Source of the DNA: Hyphomonadaceae bacterium
GTDB taxonomy: Bacteria > Pseudomonadota > Alphaproteobacteria > Caulobacterales > Aquidulcibacteraceae
Assembly (NCBI GenBank): GCA_021731005.1
Contig: JAKFYF010000081.1
Span: 1 to 51,837 of the forward strand
Direction: 5' to 3'
Length of the DNA: 51,837 bases
The notes beneath the pieces are model-generated. The model was not told the DNA's origin. It was given only the letters and a program-made list of their open reading frames with translations, and did not search any database. Each line of letters opens with the position of its first letter. The stretch's first letter is position 1. Below are positions 18,656 through 27,758 of the stretch, piece after piece. The translations under genes and the position numbers were made by a program.

Positions 18656-20845
18656 ATGGCGGTCACTGCGAACGAATGGGTGGGATCTGAATCCACCACG
18701 CAATCTGGCGCGAGCCAACGCGCTATAATCTGGGGGCTTTTTCAGATCGTCGCATTGGGCGGCTTGGCGCTTATCGGCTGGCTGGCGCTTGCGCCGCCGG
18801 TCCCCGTGTTCTGGCTGGGTGCTGGGTTTGCGGCTGCGGCGCTGCCTCAGCTCATGACAACCGCGCTGTTGATCCGCGAGGGTGCCCGCGCTCCTGGGCT
18901 GGCGCTTTGGACAACCGCTCTTGTTCTGTTCGCACTCTGCCTCGTGCTGGTTCAGGCGCCACGTTTCGGCGCTCACGATCCGACCATCGTGCATTCCGCG
19001 TTGGCATTCTTTGCGCTGGCGGCCCCCTATCTCGCGCTTTCGTTCAAGGTGCGCGAAGGCAAGGACATGAGCCCACGATGGCGATCTGGCGCCGTGAGCG
19101 CGATCGCGGCGTCGCAAACGCTCGCGCTCGCTGCGATGTGCGCTTCTCTACGATTTATCGCTGGCTTGGAAATCGAGACCTCTGCTCTGATCGCCTTCTA
19201 TACGATCATCATCGCCCAGCCTGTCGCCGCGTGCTGGCTGGAGGCGAGATCCGAGCATAAACTGCCGATCAAACCGGGCGGCGAACCCAAGCACGAGCAT
19301 ATCTCCGGCTTGGGCGTCATCTCGCTCGTCGTTTTCGTCATGACGATTGTGGGCCTGGGGCTATGGGCGGCTTCGAGAGCCAATAGCGCTTACATCAGCC
19401 AAGGCGCTGGCGTCATTGTCATCGCGGGTCTGGCCATCGCGTTTGCGCTCGTGGCTCTGGGGCCGAACGTGCGAGCGGGCGACCAGCTGGTGCGCGCACT
19501 GGCTGAAGCCAAGGTTATTTCCAGACTCGGCAATTTCGTCAGCCGAATCGATGGGGTTCTCGTGTTCGCGTTCGCCGGCGCGATGGGTGCAAGCCAAGAA
19601 CGCGGCGCGCTGCGCTACGGCCTGCTCGTCGGCCATCTCATTCCAAGCGCCATCCTCGGGTGGTTTCTGCCCGCGCCTTGGGGTCTGGTTCCGCTGGCTT
19701 GGGCGTTCATCGGCGCCATGGCGGTGGCCAGACGCTGGGCCTGGGTGGAGGAGGATCGCGAGAACGCGATGCTCAACAGGAAATTCGAAGGCCCGCATAT
19801 CAAGGTGGGCTTCGCCCAAGATCTCCGGGACGAAGCACTACTGGGTTTCATGTCGCTCTTTTTGCTTGTGCCGTTGGCGCTTCGGCAAATGCATATTGCC
19901 TTTGGCGGCAATCTCTTCGTGATCAATACCGGCGCGAGCGCCGATGATCTCATCGCCTGGATGAGCTTTTTCGGCACGGAGTTGGCCAAGGCAGTGCCGT
20001 TTGTCGACTGGGCCGAAATATATCAGGTCAAAGGCGATGCGCCGATCCATATCAATGACGCAAGCGTGGGGCCTGCCCAGCACGTTGTCTTCGCCACCCG
20101 CGTGATCGTCGATTTGGTGTTTCTCGCCGCTCTTCTGCAAGCCATCTCCATCTCGCAGCGCGCCGCCAAACTGAAGGACATGTTCTACAAGGACCGCACA
20201 CTCAACCGGCTTGATCCCTTTACGGAGGCCAAGGCGTTCAAAGCGCTTGTCGACGGCGAGAAGGGGTATTGGGTGCTGAGGGAGCCGATCCCTGAGCCGT
20301 TTTTGGCCTACGACGAGGATCGTTTGGAAGAACTGCAGATCAAGCACGAGAACGACGTGGTTGGTTTTGCCGCAAGCGAGCTATTGCGGCGCAACGCGCT
20401 GCGATCACCTGAACTATTGTTGGTCGAAGAGGCCAAGCTCGCCAAGCCCGATGCCGATAAGCTCGAAGACTACATCGAGCGCATCAGAGCTAAGCGCGAG
20501 GATCTGATCATCCATGACCTCAAGGCCGCGCACTACCTCTTGAATGAAGCGAGGACGCTACGGGCCGTTCGTGAAGAGATTGTCGAGATCATCGGCGAGA
20601 ACTGGCGAAACGACGGCGCCGTCAGCGCGCTTTCCGACATCCTGCTTGCTGGCGTCGGAGCGCGGGACGCGCGTCAAGAAGTGCGTCTAGCAGCGCTCAA
20701 GGGGCTCTATGCAGCAGCGGTGCACGGCGATCGGGAAGCGCGCATCGCAATAGTGTGGGCGGCGGACAATGAGGCGCAGAAGCTCAAGGAGCAGGCCAAC
20801 ACCTGGCTTAAGGAACATCCCGATTGGCGCGGCTCGCGCGCGTAG
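18656..20845 (+). CDS. Large polytopic membrane protein with helical C-terminal domain, unknown function
   Basis: 729-aa ORF, many hydrophobic segments, charged helical C-terminus (EVRLAALKGL, HEAT-like). Confidence 0.8.
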   Translation: MAVTANEWVGSESTTQSGASQRAIIWGLFQIVALGGLALIGWLALAPPVPVFWLGAGFAAAALPQLMTTALLIREGARAPGLALWTTALVLFALCLVLVQAPRFGAHDPTIVHSALAFFALAAPYLALSFKVREGKDMSPRWRSGAVSAIAASQTLALAAMCASLRFIAGLEIETSALIAFYTIIIAQPVAACWLEARSEHKLPIKPGGEPKHEHISGLGVISLVVFVMTIVGLGLWAASRANSAYISQGAGVIVIAGLAIAFALVALGPNVRAGDQLVRALAEAKVISRLGNFVSRIDGVLVFAFAGAMGASQERGALRYGLLVGHLIPSAILGWFLPAPWGLVPLAWAFIGAMAVARRWAWVEEDRENAMLNRKFEGPHIKVGFAQDLRDEALLGFMSLFLLVPLALRQMHIAFGGNLFVINTGASADDLIAWMSFFGTELAKAVPFVDWAEIYQVKGDAPIHINDASVGPAQHVVFATRVIVDLVFLAALLQAISISQRAAKLKDMFYKDRTLNRLDPFTEAKAFKALVDGEKGYWVLREPIPEPFLAYDEDRLEELQIKHENDVVGFAASELLRRNALRSPELLLVEEAKLAKPDADKLEDYIERIRAKREDLIIHDLKAAHYLLNEARTLRAVREEIVEIIGENWRNDGAVSALSDILLAGVGARDARQEVRLAALKGLYAAAVHGDREARIAIVWAADNEAQKLKEQANTWLKEHPDWRGSRA

Positions 20846-20890
20846 GCACATCGATGGTCCAGCCGCGGGCAGGTGCGCTGGCGCCCTGTC

Positions 20891-21015
20891 TACGTCCGTT
20901 ATCGGGTAGCGCTCAGTCGGCTCAGCGGAATGTCGGCTTGTGGGATGAAGCCCCGCTGCCGGTTGGGGTCGAACGGAAGGTTTGGGTTGGCCCGGCCAGT
21001 GATAACCTTGCGGCC
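20891..21015 (+). repeat. Degenerate ~125-bp intergenic repeat, copy B
   Basis: Collinear with 18447-18569. Confidence 0.7.
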
Positions 21016-21134
21016 ATCGGAGCAGGATTGGCCCCAATTTGCCGTCCAGCAATCGCGCGCCTGCCCACGATTTGGTTGCTGAAGAGGACAGCGCCTTCTA
21101 CGTTGCCGGCATCGGGTGCAGGCTGGGGGCGGCG

Positions 21135-21611
21135 ATGGGAGACGGCAGCGAGAGCAATCTTTATCGGTTGTGGGTCGAGGATATAGCACGCATTCGAGAA
21201 ATGCGGAGACAGACAACGGCTTTCTTTGTGTCGTTGAATTTGGCTGGTTACGGTGCCTTAGCCTTCGCGTTGTCGCCTAGCAACAACCTTCCGCGGCTCA
21301 CGGCTTTGGCTGCTTGCGTGGCGTTCTTGTTCGTCAACCTATCGTGGATTCTGACTGATCGAAGGTATGCGAAGCAGGCAGCGGCCAAATTTGCGTTCGC
21401 TCGCAAGCTCGAGGAATCGATGTCTCATCAGCCGCTTGCTAATGAGCACAAAGTTGTTGGGCAGCCTGCCGAACTCTCATGGTGGCTACTGATGGAGCGC
21501 TTGCTTCCCATACTCTTCAGCATCGGATTCGCAGGTTTGGCGGCTATCCAAGTGCCGTGGGCGATGCCCTTCAAAGCACCTGGCTGGTGGATTTGGCTTC
21601 TACAACGTTAG
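21135..21611 (+). CDS. RipA/Rip1-like small membrane protein
   Basis: Pattern LYRLWVE..ARI...RRQT.AFFVSLN, two TMs, W..TDRRY.K..A.KF.F.RKLEE.M..QP..NE, ERLLPILF matches my recollection of this family. Confidence 0.6.
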   Translation: MGDGSESNLYRLWVEDIARIREMRRQTTAFFVSLNLAGYGALAFALSPSNNLPRLTALAACVAFLFVNLSWILTDRRYAKQAAAKFAFARKLEESMSHQPLANEHKVVGQPAELSWWLLMERLLPILFSIGFAGLAAIQVPWAMPFKAPGWWIWLLQR

Positions 21612-21667
21612 AGACACGCGATTGGCCCCGCAGCATCAGAAGCAAGAAGGGGCAAGCTGGTGTGGCT

Positions 21668-23212
21668 ATGCGCAAGAGAGATAGCTCGCTTGACGAGGCG
21701 ATTGGCATACTAAAAACGTGGTCGCTGGGGCTCCACGACGAGGGCTTGATCGCGCGCGCCCTGCTGTTTGGAAGCGCCGTCGTCGATAAGGGGCGCAAGT
21801 TTTCGAGCGCAAGAAGCGACCTCGACGTAGTGCTGGAGGTGGAGTGGGAGAGCCTTCCGCGCCATGCCCGAGTTGTCGCAATGGATAAGCTGTTGGGGCA
21901 CAAAATCGCACTTGAGAAATCGCTTTCCGCGTTGCTCAGGCGTCCCGTCGACAAATCTGTGGCGAGTGTGGTGCTCATGACCCCATTCGAAATACGTAAT
22001 GGCGTGCACAAGGATGCTAACTCAACCATCATCTATGCGACGCCGATGGCGAGCTTGCTGGACGGTGGCGTGGTCTCGTCGCTAGGTCAGCGCAGCGATG
22101 CGGATCAAGTTTCACCCTTGTTAGAGGGGGCGCTCCGGTTTGTTCAGAAGAAGCGGAGCGAATACCTATCCGGAGCCTCGGATGGGGTATTGCCATCTTT
22201 GTCATCTCCGTTGGACTTTCGTGTGCCCAAGGAGCTGATGCGCAACTTTGCGATCTCCACCTTTAATGACGCCGAAGGAGACGACCCAGCGGATCTTTCG
22301 CGGGGCTTCAAAGAGCTGACATTATTCGGACTGGTGGCGACGGGGGCTCACGCGTTGGAACTCGATTTGGCGGAGTGGCTTGGGCCGAGGTTGAGTGAAG
22401 TTGGTTGCGTGGACAACTTGATGCCGAGGCAGGCATACATGCTGTGCTGTGAGAAAATCTACGACAACATTCGAGCGCAATTCGTTGGGCCAAGCGCCGT
22501 TGAGGTCATAAGAACGCCGCGAACCGCTCCTGTTTCCAGAGTCCCGGCATTGGCACTCGCGGACGCTTCTTTCAGAATATCCCAGACGAACAAGTTGGCG
22601 GGGAGCGCGGGACACAACATCAAGCAAATTCTGAACGCGCGTCTCAACCTGAGACTCTCGGCGGAAAAGTCGTTCGCGTTGTTGTTTGACGAGTCGCCAG
22701 ACGCGCGGGAGCTTGTGAACGCACCTGACGAGACGCTGCCGTTGAAACAGCACAAACAGAAGATCAAGATTCTGGAGAGGCGACTTACGGCCTACGGCCT
22801 GGAGCCCCGCATCGTCTGGGGGTGGGATAAGATATTGTATTATGCAGGGATCATCTGGGACGTTTCGGAGGATGAATTGCCGCCCTTAATCTTACGCGCG
22901 ATGCGGGCATGGGTGGATCATTGTTACCTTGGATTCGAAAATATCGGTGGCCGCTGGGAAGCGCTTCACGGAGGGATGTATCCGAGGATCCCGCTTGCTT
23001 TTTCCTTCTCTGTAAGTGGTGAACTCGACGGGCCAGAGCTCGGAGCTCAAGTTCCAGTCCGGCGCGTTTCCGATGAGGATCTAGCGGAGAGCTTTGTTCC
23101 CGAGTTGGTGTCAAAGGCCCGCCGCCTGTGCAGCGATGGCGTGTTGAAGGATGGAAGAGAGGAGCTGAAGGTCGTGTTCAACTGTGCAGAATGGTATTTC
23201 GGGTGGAAATAG
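21668..23212 (+). CDS. Pol-beta-superfamily nucleotidyltransferase-domain protein with unknown C-terminal region
   Basis: LLFGS..(12)..SDLDVVL signature; visibly lower GC than flanks. Confidence 0.65.
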   Translation: MRKRDSSLDEAIGILKTWSLGLHDEGLIARALLFGSAVVDKGRKFSSARSDLDVVLEVEWESLPRHARVVAMDKLLGHKIALEKSLSALLRRPVDKSVASVVLMTPFEIRNGVHKDANSTIIYATPMASLLDGGVVSSLGQRSDADQVSPLLEGALRFVQKKRSEYLSGASDGVLPSLSSPLDFRVPKELMRNFAISTFNDAEGDDPADLSRGFKELTLFGLVATGAHALELDLAEWLGPRLSEVGCVDNLMPRQAYMLCCEKIYDNIRAQFVGPSAVEVIRTPRTAPVSRVPALALADASFRISQTNKLAGSAGHNIKQILNARLNLRLSAEKSFALLFDESPDARELVNAPDETLPLKQHKQKIKILERRLTAYGLEPRIVWGWDKILYYAGIIWDVSEDELPPLILRAMRAWVDHCYLGFENIGGRWEALHGGMYPRIPLAFSFSVSGELDGPELGAQVPVRRVSDEDLAESFVPELVSKARRLCSDGVLKDGREELKVVFNCAEWYFGWK

Positions 23213-23440
23213 ACGCGAATTCTTCTCGCTTGACGTCACGGCCCTTCGACAACGGCAATCTCCGGCGATAAATGCTCGGTTGTGGGGCGAACTCATCCGT
23301 CGGCTAACCGGCGGTAAACGGCCGAACTGTCGGATTGGGGCGCCTCGCCGTTCGCGAACTTTAGCAGTCGTCTGACTGCCTGTTGAGGGGGAACCATCAG
23401 CGCTTCTCTGCGTATTCCCGCCAACACCGGCCAACACGCC

Positions 23441-23536
23441 GCGTCAGGGACCGACGCCCGAAGGGCCGAGCCGCGCAGGACCCGCGCGGCTCGGTGCGCA
23501 AGCACGAGGGCCCGGCCGCCAACGGCGGCGACGCCC
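23441..23536 (+). repeat. Multi-hairpin (cloverleaf) element, copy 1
   Basis: GCCC-GAA-GGGC, CCGAGCCGCGC/GCGCGGCTCGG, GTGC-GCAA-GCAC, GCCGCC-AAC-GGCGGC, closed by GCGTC/GACGC. Confidence 0.75.
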
Positions 23537-23742
23537 AGGTTCTGACTGCTTCAAGTCACCCCATTTCAGTCGGGTAGAATCCCTTGTACGACAAAAGCGC
23601 GATCGATCGTTCTCCCATCGCGCGAATTATCGCCTGTCAAGGGGCACGATCGTGTCCATCGACGCCGCCCCTGTTCTGAGTATTTGATTCGCACCCTGAC
23701 CGCCTGCGTGAGCGGCCACGCACCCGGCGCCAAGAGGGGTTC

Positions 23743-25770
23743 ATGCGCATCGTCATCGCACTCGCGATTGCTTTCATCATCGCTTTGGCGAGCTTGAGCG
23801 CCGCGACCCAAACCCTCGCCGCTATCTTCAGTCACCAAGCCGCCCTCGGTCCGCCGCTGCTGACATTGGGAAAGACCCGCCTTTACCCACCCTGGGCAGT
23901 GCTTTCCTGGACGCACGCTTATGCACAGCGGTTTCCCAAACCGTTCGCGGCGGCGCGTCTCATCGTGTTCGCGGGATTGTGTCTCGCGCTTCTCGCGATT
24001 GTGCTGGCGGTGCGAGCCAAGTTCGCCATCAAGCCATTCGGCAGACATGCGTGGGGCGGCGTCGACGACGTGGCCGCCGCGGGTCTTCTTGCCGAAACCG
24101 GCTGCGTGCTCGGCAGGTTCCAGCGCGAAGTCCTCTGCTTTGACGGCCCAGAACATCAGCTCCTCATCGGCGCTTCGCGCTCGGGCAAGGGCAGGGGCCA
24201 TGTGATCCCAACGCTGCTGGCCTGGCCGCATTCGGCATTGGTCTTGGACGTCAAGGGCGAACTCGCCGACGGCGATCTCCGCCATTCTTTCCCTGGAACC
24301 GCTGGCTTCCGCGAAACCTTAGGTCCCGTGCTGCGCTTTGCGCCCACGCGCATGGACTCCGCCGCCTTCAATCCGCTCCACGAAGTCAGGCGCGGTCCCA
24401 ACGAAGTCCGCGACGTGCAGAACATTGTCGAGATTTTAGTCGATCCCATCGGCGACGGGCGCCATCAGGATTTCTGGGATCGCTCGGCCAAGAACATCCT
24501 CGTGGGGGTCATCCTCCACGTCCTCTACGCCGAGCCTGGCGAGCGCAAGACGCTCGCAATGGTGCGCGAAAAACTCCGCGACCTCGACGCCACGGCGCAA
24601 GTCATGAAATCGACCTTGCACCGGCTCAACCCCGCGACCAATCGGCCCGAAGTGCATCCCGAAATTTTGCACGCCGCGGAATCCTTTCTCGCCGGCGAGG
24701 AACGGCTGCAATCAGGCGTCAAGGCGACCGCCGAGAGCTTCTTTGGCCTGTTCGCCGACGAGATCGTCGCCCAGAAAACCGCAGCCTCGGATTTCCGCAT
24801 CGGCGATCTGATGTGCGGGCCAAAACCCGTGACGCTCTTCTTGCAGCCCCCGCCCTCGGATGCGCTGCGCCTCATGCCGCTTCTGCGCCTCGTCATCAAT
24901 CAATTCGCCCGCGCGCTCATGGAAGACCAGAATGCCGACGCGCAGGGCCGTCCCAAGCGCCATCGCCTCATCCTCATGCTCGATGAATTCCCGATGCTCG
25001 GGCGCATGCAATTCTTTGAAACCATGATGGGGGCGATGGCGGGTTACGGCCTCAAGGCGTTTCTCGTCACCCAGAGCCTCAATCATCTCACCAAGGCCTA
25101 TGGCCGCGACAATGTCATTCTCGACAATTGCCACATCGTCACTTCGTTTGCCGCCGCCGACAACGACACCGCCAAGCGTATCGCGGAGATGGCTGGCGAA
25201 GTCTGGGAAATGCGCGAGAGCGAGACGCATACGCGTCCAAGATCGATCCTTGGATGGCGCAAGGGATCGACCACGATCCGCGAAGAACGCCGCCCGCTCA
25301 TGCTGCCCGCCGATGTCCGCGCGCTGCCCCGCGACCAGGAACTCATCTTCGTCTCCGGGGCCAAACCCATTCGCGCCAAGAAGCTCAAATTCGACCAGGA
25401 GCGGGTGTTCTCAGAGCGCTTGCGCCCGGCCTCCCCGCATCGCCCGCAGCTCTCCACCGGCCATGATTGGGCCAATGTGCGCCCGCTCGGATTCATCCCC
25501 CAGCCAGCAAAAGCGCCCAAAGTCCGGTCAGAAAGGGCAAAGCCCGCAATCGCGAAGCCCGCGGCGCCAAAGCCGGCGATGGCGCGGCCTCTGGCCCAGC
25601 AGCCCGATCTCTTCACCCAGGCCGCGGTGCGGGGAGGAACGCTCTCCGAGCTGGCCATGGCGGGCTTCCGCACTGTCGACGGAGCGCCGCTGCCCCATCC
25701 CTCAATTCCCTTGGCCGCCGAGCCAATTCCGGAACCAGCGCCGCGCGCCAGGCGCGCCAAAGGGGTTTGA
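23743..25770 (+). CDS. traG: Type IV coupling protein TraG/VirD4
   Basis: LYPPW, GASRSGKG Walker A, VIPTLL.W, DVKGE, FNPL.EVR, LMLDEFPMLG, QSLN, ILDNCH. Confidence 0.95.
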   Translation: MRIVIALAIAFIIALASLSAATQTLAAIFSHQAALGPPLLTLGKTRLYPPWAVLSWTHAYAQRFPKPFAAARLIVFAGLCLALLAIVLAVRAKFAIKPFGRHAWGGVDDVAAAGLLAETGCVLGRFQREVLCFDGPEHQLLIGASRSGKGRGHVIPTLLAWPHSALVLDVKGELADGDLRHSFPGTAGFRETLGPVLRFAPTRMDSAAFNPLHEVRRGPNEVRDVQNIVEILVDPIGDGRHQDFWDRSAKNILVGVILHVLYAEPGERKTLAMVREKLRDLDATAQVMKSTLHRLNPATNRPEVHPEILHAAESFLAGEERLQSGVKATAESFFGLFADEIVAQKTAASDFRIGDLMCGPKPVTLFLQPPPSDALRLMPLLRLVINQFARALMEDQNADAQGRPKRHRLILMLDEFPMLGRMQFFETMMGAMAGYGLKAFLVTQSLNHLTKAYGRDNVILDNCHIVTSFAAADNDTAKRIAEMAGEVWEMRESETHTRPRSILGWRKGSTTIREERRPLMLPADVRALPRDQELIFVSGAKPIRAKKLKFDQERVFSERLRPASPHRPQLSTGHDWANVRPLGFIPQPAKAPKVRSERAKPAIAKPAAPKPAMARPLAQQPDLFTQAAVRGGTLSELAMAGFRTVDGAPLPHPSIPLAAEPIPEPAPRARRAKGV

Positions 25771-25775
25771 GGCCC

Positions 25776-26228
25776 ATGCCGACGCGCAAGCTCAGCGTCT
25801 ATCTGCCCGACGCCCTCAACGCAAAAGTGCGCCAGGCAGCCCGCGACCAGCACCGCTCGGAATCGAGCATCATCTTGGAATCGGTGAAGGCGCGGCTTGA
25901 ACGCGGCGAGGCGACCAACGCCGCCATCGAGGAAAGTGCGCGCCGCCAGCTCAGCCGTGTGGACGCCCGGCTCGAAAAGCTGATCGGCGAAGGTCTCATC
26001 CTCAAGGAGATAGTGCTCCTCTTCATCCGGGTCTGGCTCGAACACAATCCTCCGATCGAGGAGCATCTGGAAGAGAGCGCTGCCGCCAGCGCCGAAGCGC
26101 GCTTCGAGCGCTTCCTCGATTTCGTTGCCCAACAACTCTCGCCGGGCAAGTCGCTCGGGGAAACGGTCTTCTCACTCACCGTCAGTGGAAATGGCGCGCA
26201 CGAGCCAGCAAGCGAGGCGCGAACGTGA
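25776..26228 (+). CDS. CopG/ribbon-helix-helix protein of the tra-trb operon
   Basis: KLSVYLPD..RSESSII, FIRVWL.HNPP, ARFERF; canonical position between traG and trbB. Confidence 0.8.
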   Translation: MPTRKLSVYLPDALNAKVRQAARDQHRSESSIILESVKARLERGEATNAAIEESARRQLSRVDARLEKLIGEGLILKEIVLLFIRVWLEHNPPIEEHLEESAAASAEARFERFLDFVAQQLSPGKSLGETVFSLTVSGNGAHEPASEART

Positions 26229-27175
26229 GCGCAGCGCCCATCAATATCGCGGCGGCCCGGCGGCGCTCGGCGCTCTCGCGCGCACTCGGGCCCGCCATCG
26301 CCGCGGCGCTCGAAGAGAATGACGTGGTCGAAGCCTTGGTCAACGCCGACGGCCGCGTTTGGTTCGACCGCGTCGGGAAAGGGCTCATCGCGACGCCGCA
26401 TCATCTGTCGCCGCAGGACCGCGAAGCGGCGATCCGGCTCCTGGCGCATGAGGCCGGGGAGACCGTCAGCGAGGACCGCCCTGCATTGGCGACCATTCTG
26501 CCCGACAGCGCCGCGCGCGTGCAGGCGCTTTTGCCGCCCTTGGTCGAAGCGCCAATCCTCGCCATCCGCAAGCGCCCCTCGGCGATTTACACGCTCGACA
26601 ACTATGTCAGCGACGGCATCGCCACCGCCGCCCAAGCCGAGAGGCTGGCGAATGCTGTACGCGAAAAACGCAACATCATCGTCGCCGGCGGGACGGGCAG
26701 CGGCAAGACCACTTTGCTCAATGCGCTCCTGGCCGAAGACGCCTTCCGCCAGGCCCGCATCGTCATCCTGGAAGACACCGCCGAGCTGCAATGCGCCAAT
26801 CCCAATTGCGTGCAGCTGCTGACCAAGCGCACCGATCCGCCCGTCACCATGCGCGAGCTGGTGCAAATGACGCTGCGCCTCAGGCCCGACCGCATCGTCG
26901 TCGGCGAAGTCCGCGATGGCGCGGCCCTCGAAGTACTCAAAGCCTGGAACACCGGCCATCCGGGTGGGCTGCTCACCCTGCACGCCAATTCCGCCGCCGA
27001 TGCGCTGATGCGGCTTGAAGACCTCTGCATGGAAGCGCGCGCCACCCCGCCCAAGCGTCTCATCGCCAGCGCCGTCGACATGATCGTGTTCATCGCCCGC
27101 CGCGAAGGCGGGCGGGTCATCACTGAAATCCTGGAGACCGAGAACCTAGTTGGAGGGGCGAGCCATGAGACATGA
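26225..27175 (+). CDS. trbB: P-type conjugative transfer ATPase
   Basis: GGTGSGKTT, LEDTAELQC, LRLRPDRIVVGEVR, WNTGHPGG..TLHAN. Confidence 0.95.
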   Translation: MSAAPINIAAARRRSALSRALGPAIAAALEENDVVEALVNADGRVWFDRVGKGLIATPHHLSPQDREAAIRLLAHEAGETVSEDRPALATILPDSAARVQALLPPLVEAPILAIRKRPSAIYTLDNYVSDGIATAAQAERLANAVREKRNIIVAGGTGSGKTTLLNALLAEDAFRQARIVILEDTAELQCANPNCVQLLTKRTDPPVTMRELVQMTLRLRPDRIVVGEVRDGAALEVLKAWNTGHPGGLLTLHANSAADALMRLEDLCMEARATPPKRLIASAVDMIVFIARREGGRVITEILETENLVGGASHET

Positions 27176-27479
27176 GAAAGTCCTGCGCGTTGCGGCGATT
27201 ACGCTGGGCGCGTGCATCCTGGCGGCGCCCGCTTACGCCGCCGGTTCCGGCATGCCCTGGGAAGGGCCGCTGCAGCAGATCGTCGATTCGATCACGGGTC
27301 CGGTCGCACGCGCCGCCGCCGTGATCGCCATCGTCATCGCCGGGGTGACCATCATCTTCTCCGAAGGCGGCGGCGGAGTGCGCAAGCTCGCCTTCGTGGG
27401 CCTCGGCATCGCCATCATGTTCGCGGCGGTCTCGTTCTTTCTCGACTTCTTCGGCTTTGCCGGCGGGGCGACGATATGA
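27165..27479 (+). CDS. trbC: TrbC/VirB2 pilin
   Basis: AAGSGMPWEGPLQQIVDSITGPVA, FFGFAGGA. Confidence 0.93.
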   Translation: MRHEKVLRVAAITLGACILAAPAYAAGSGMPWEGPLQQIVDSITGPVARAAAVIAIVIAGVTIIFSEGGGGVRKLAFVGLGIAIMFAAVSFFLDFFGFAGGATI

Positions 27480-27748
27480 ACGCCGCCGATCTCGAGCCCG
27501 AAGGCTATCGCATCCCGCTCAGGACCTCGCTCACGCGCCCGATCCTGATGGGCGGCGTGCCGCGCAACTTCGCCATTCTCAACGCAACCGTCGGCGCGGC
27601 GATCGGCTTCGGTCTGCAACAACCCTTCATCGCCTTTCCGTTATGGGCTGTGCTGCAAGGCGCCGCTGCGTGGGCCGCTGCGCGCGATCCCTGGTTTCTC
27701 GACACCTGGCCGCGTCACATGGCCAAGCCTCATTATTTCGGATCGTGA
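27476..27748 (+). CDS. trbD: TrbD/VirB3
   Basis: SLTRPILMGGVPR..AILN, AARDP motif. Confidence 0.9.
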   Translation: MNAADLEPEGYRIPLRTSLTRPILMGGVPRNFAILNATVGAAIGFGLQQPFIAFPLWAVLQGAAAWAAARDPWFLDTWPRHMAKPHYFGS

Positions 27749-27758
27749 GGCGCGACGC

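Noticed and set aside
21668-23212. Calling the NTase a CBASS CD-NTase
   Set aside because: Only the generic GS/DxD motif is visible; no CD-NTase-specific features or Cap ancillary genes
23540-23742. Possible oriT upstream of traG
   Set aside because: Only short inverted repeats; no nic-site consensus that I can recognise
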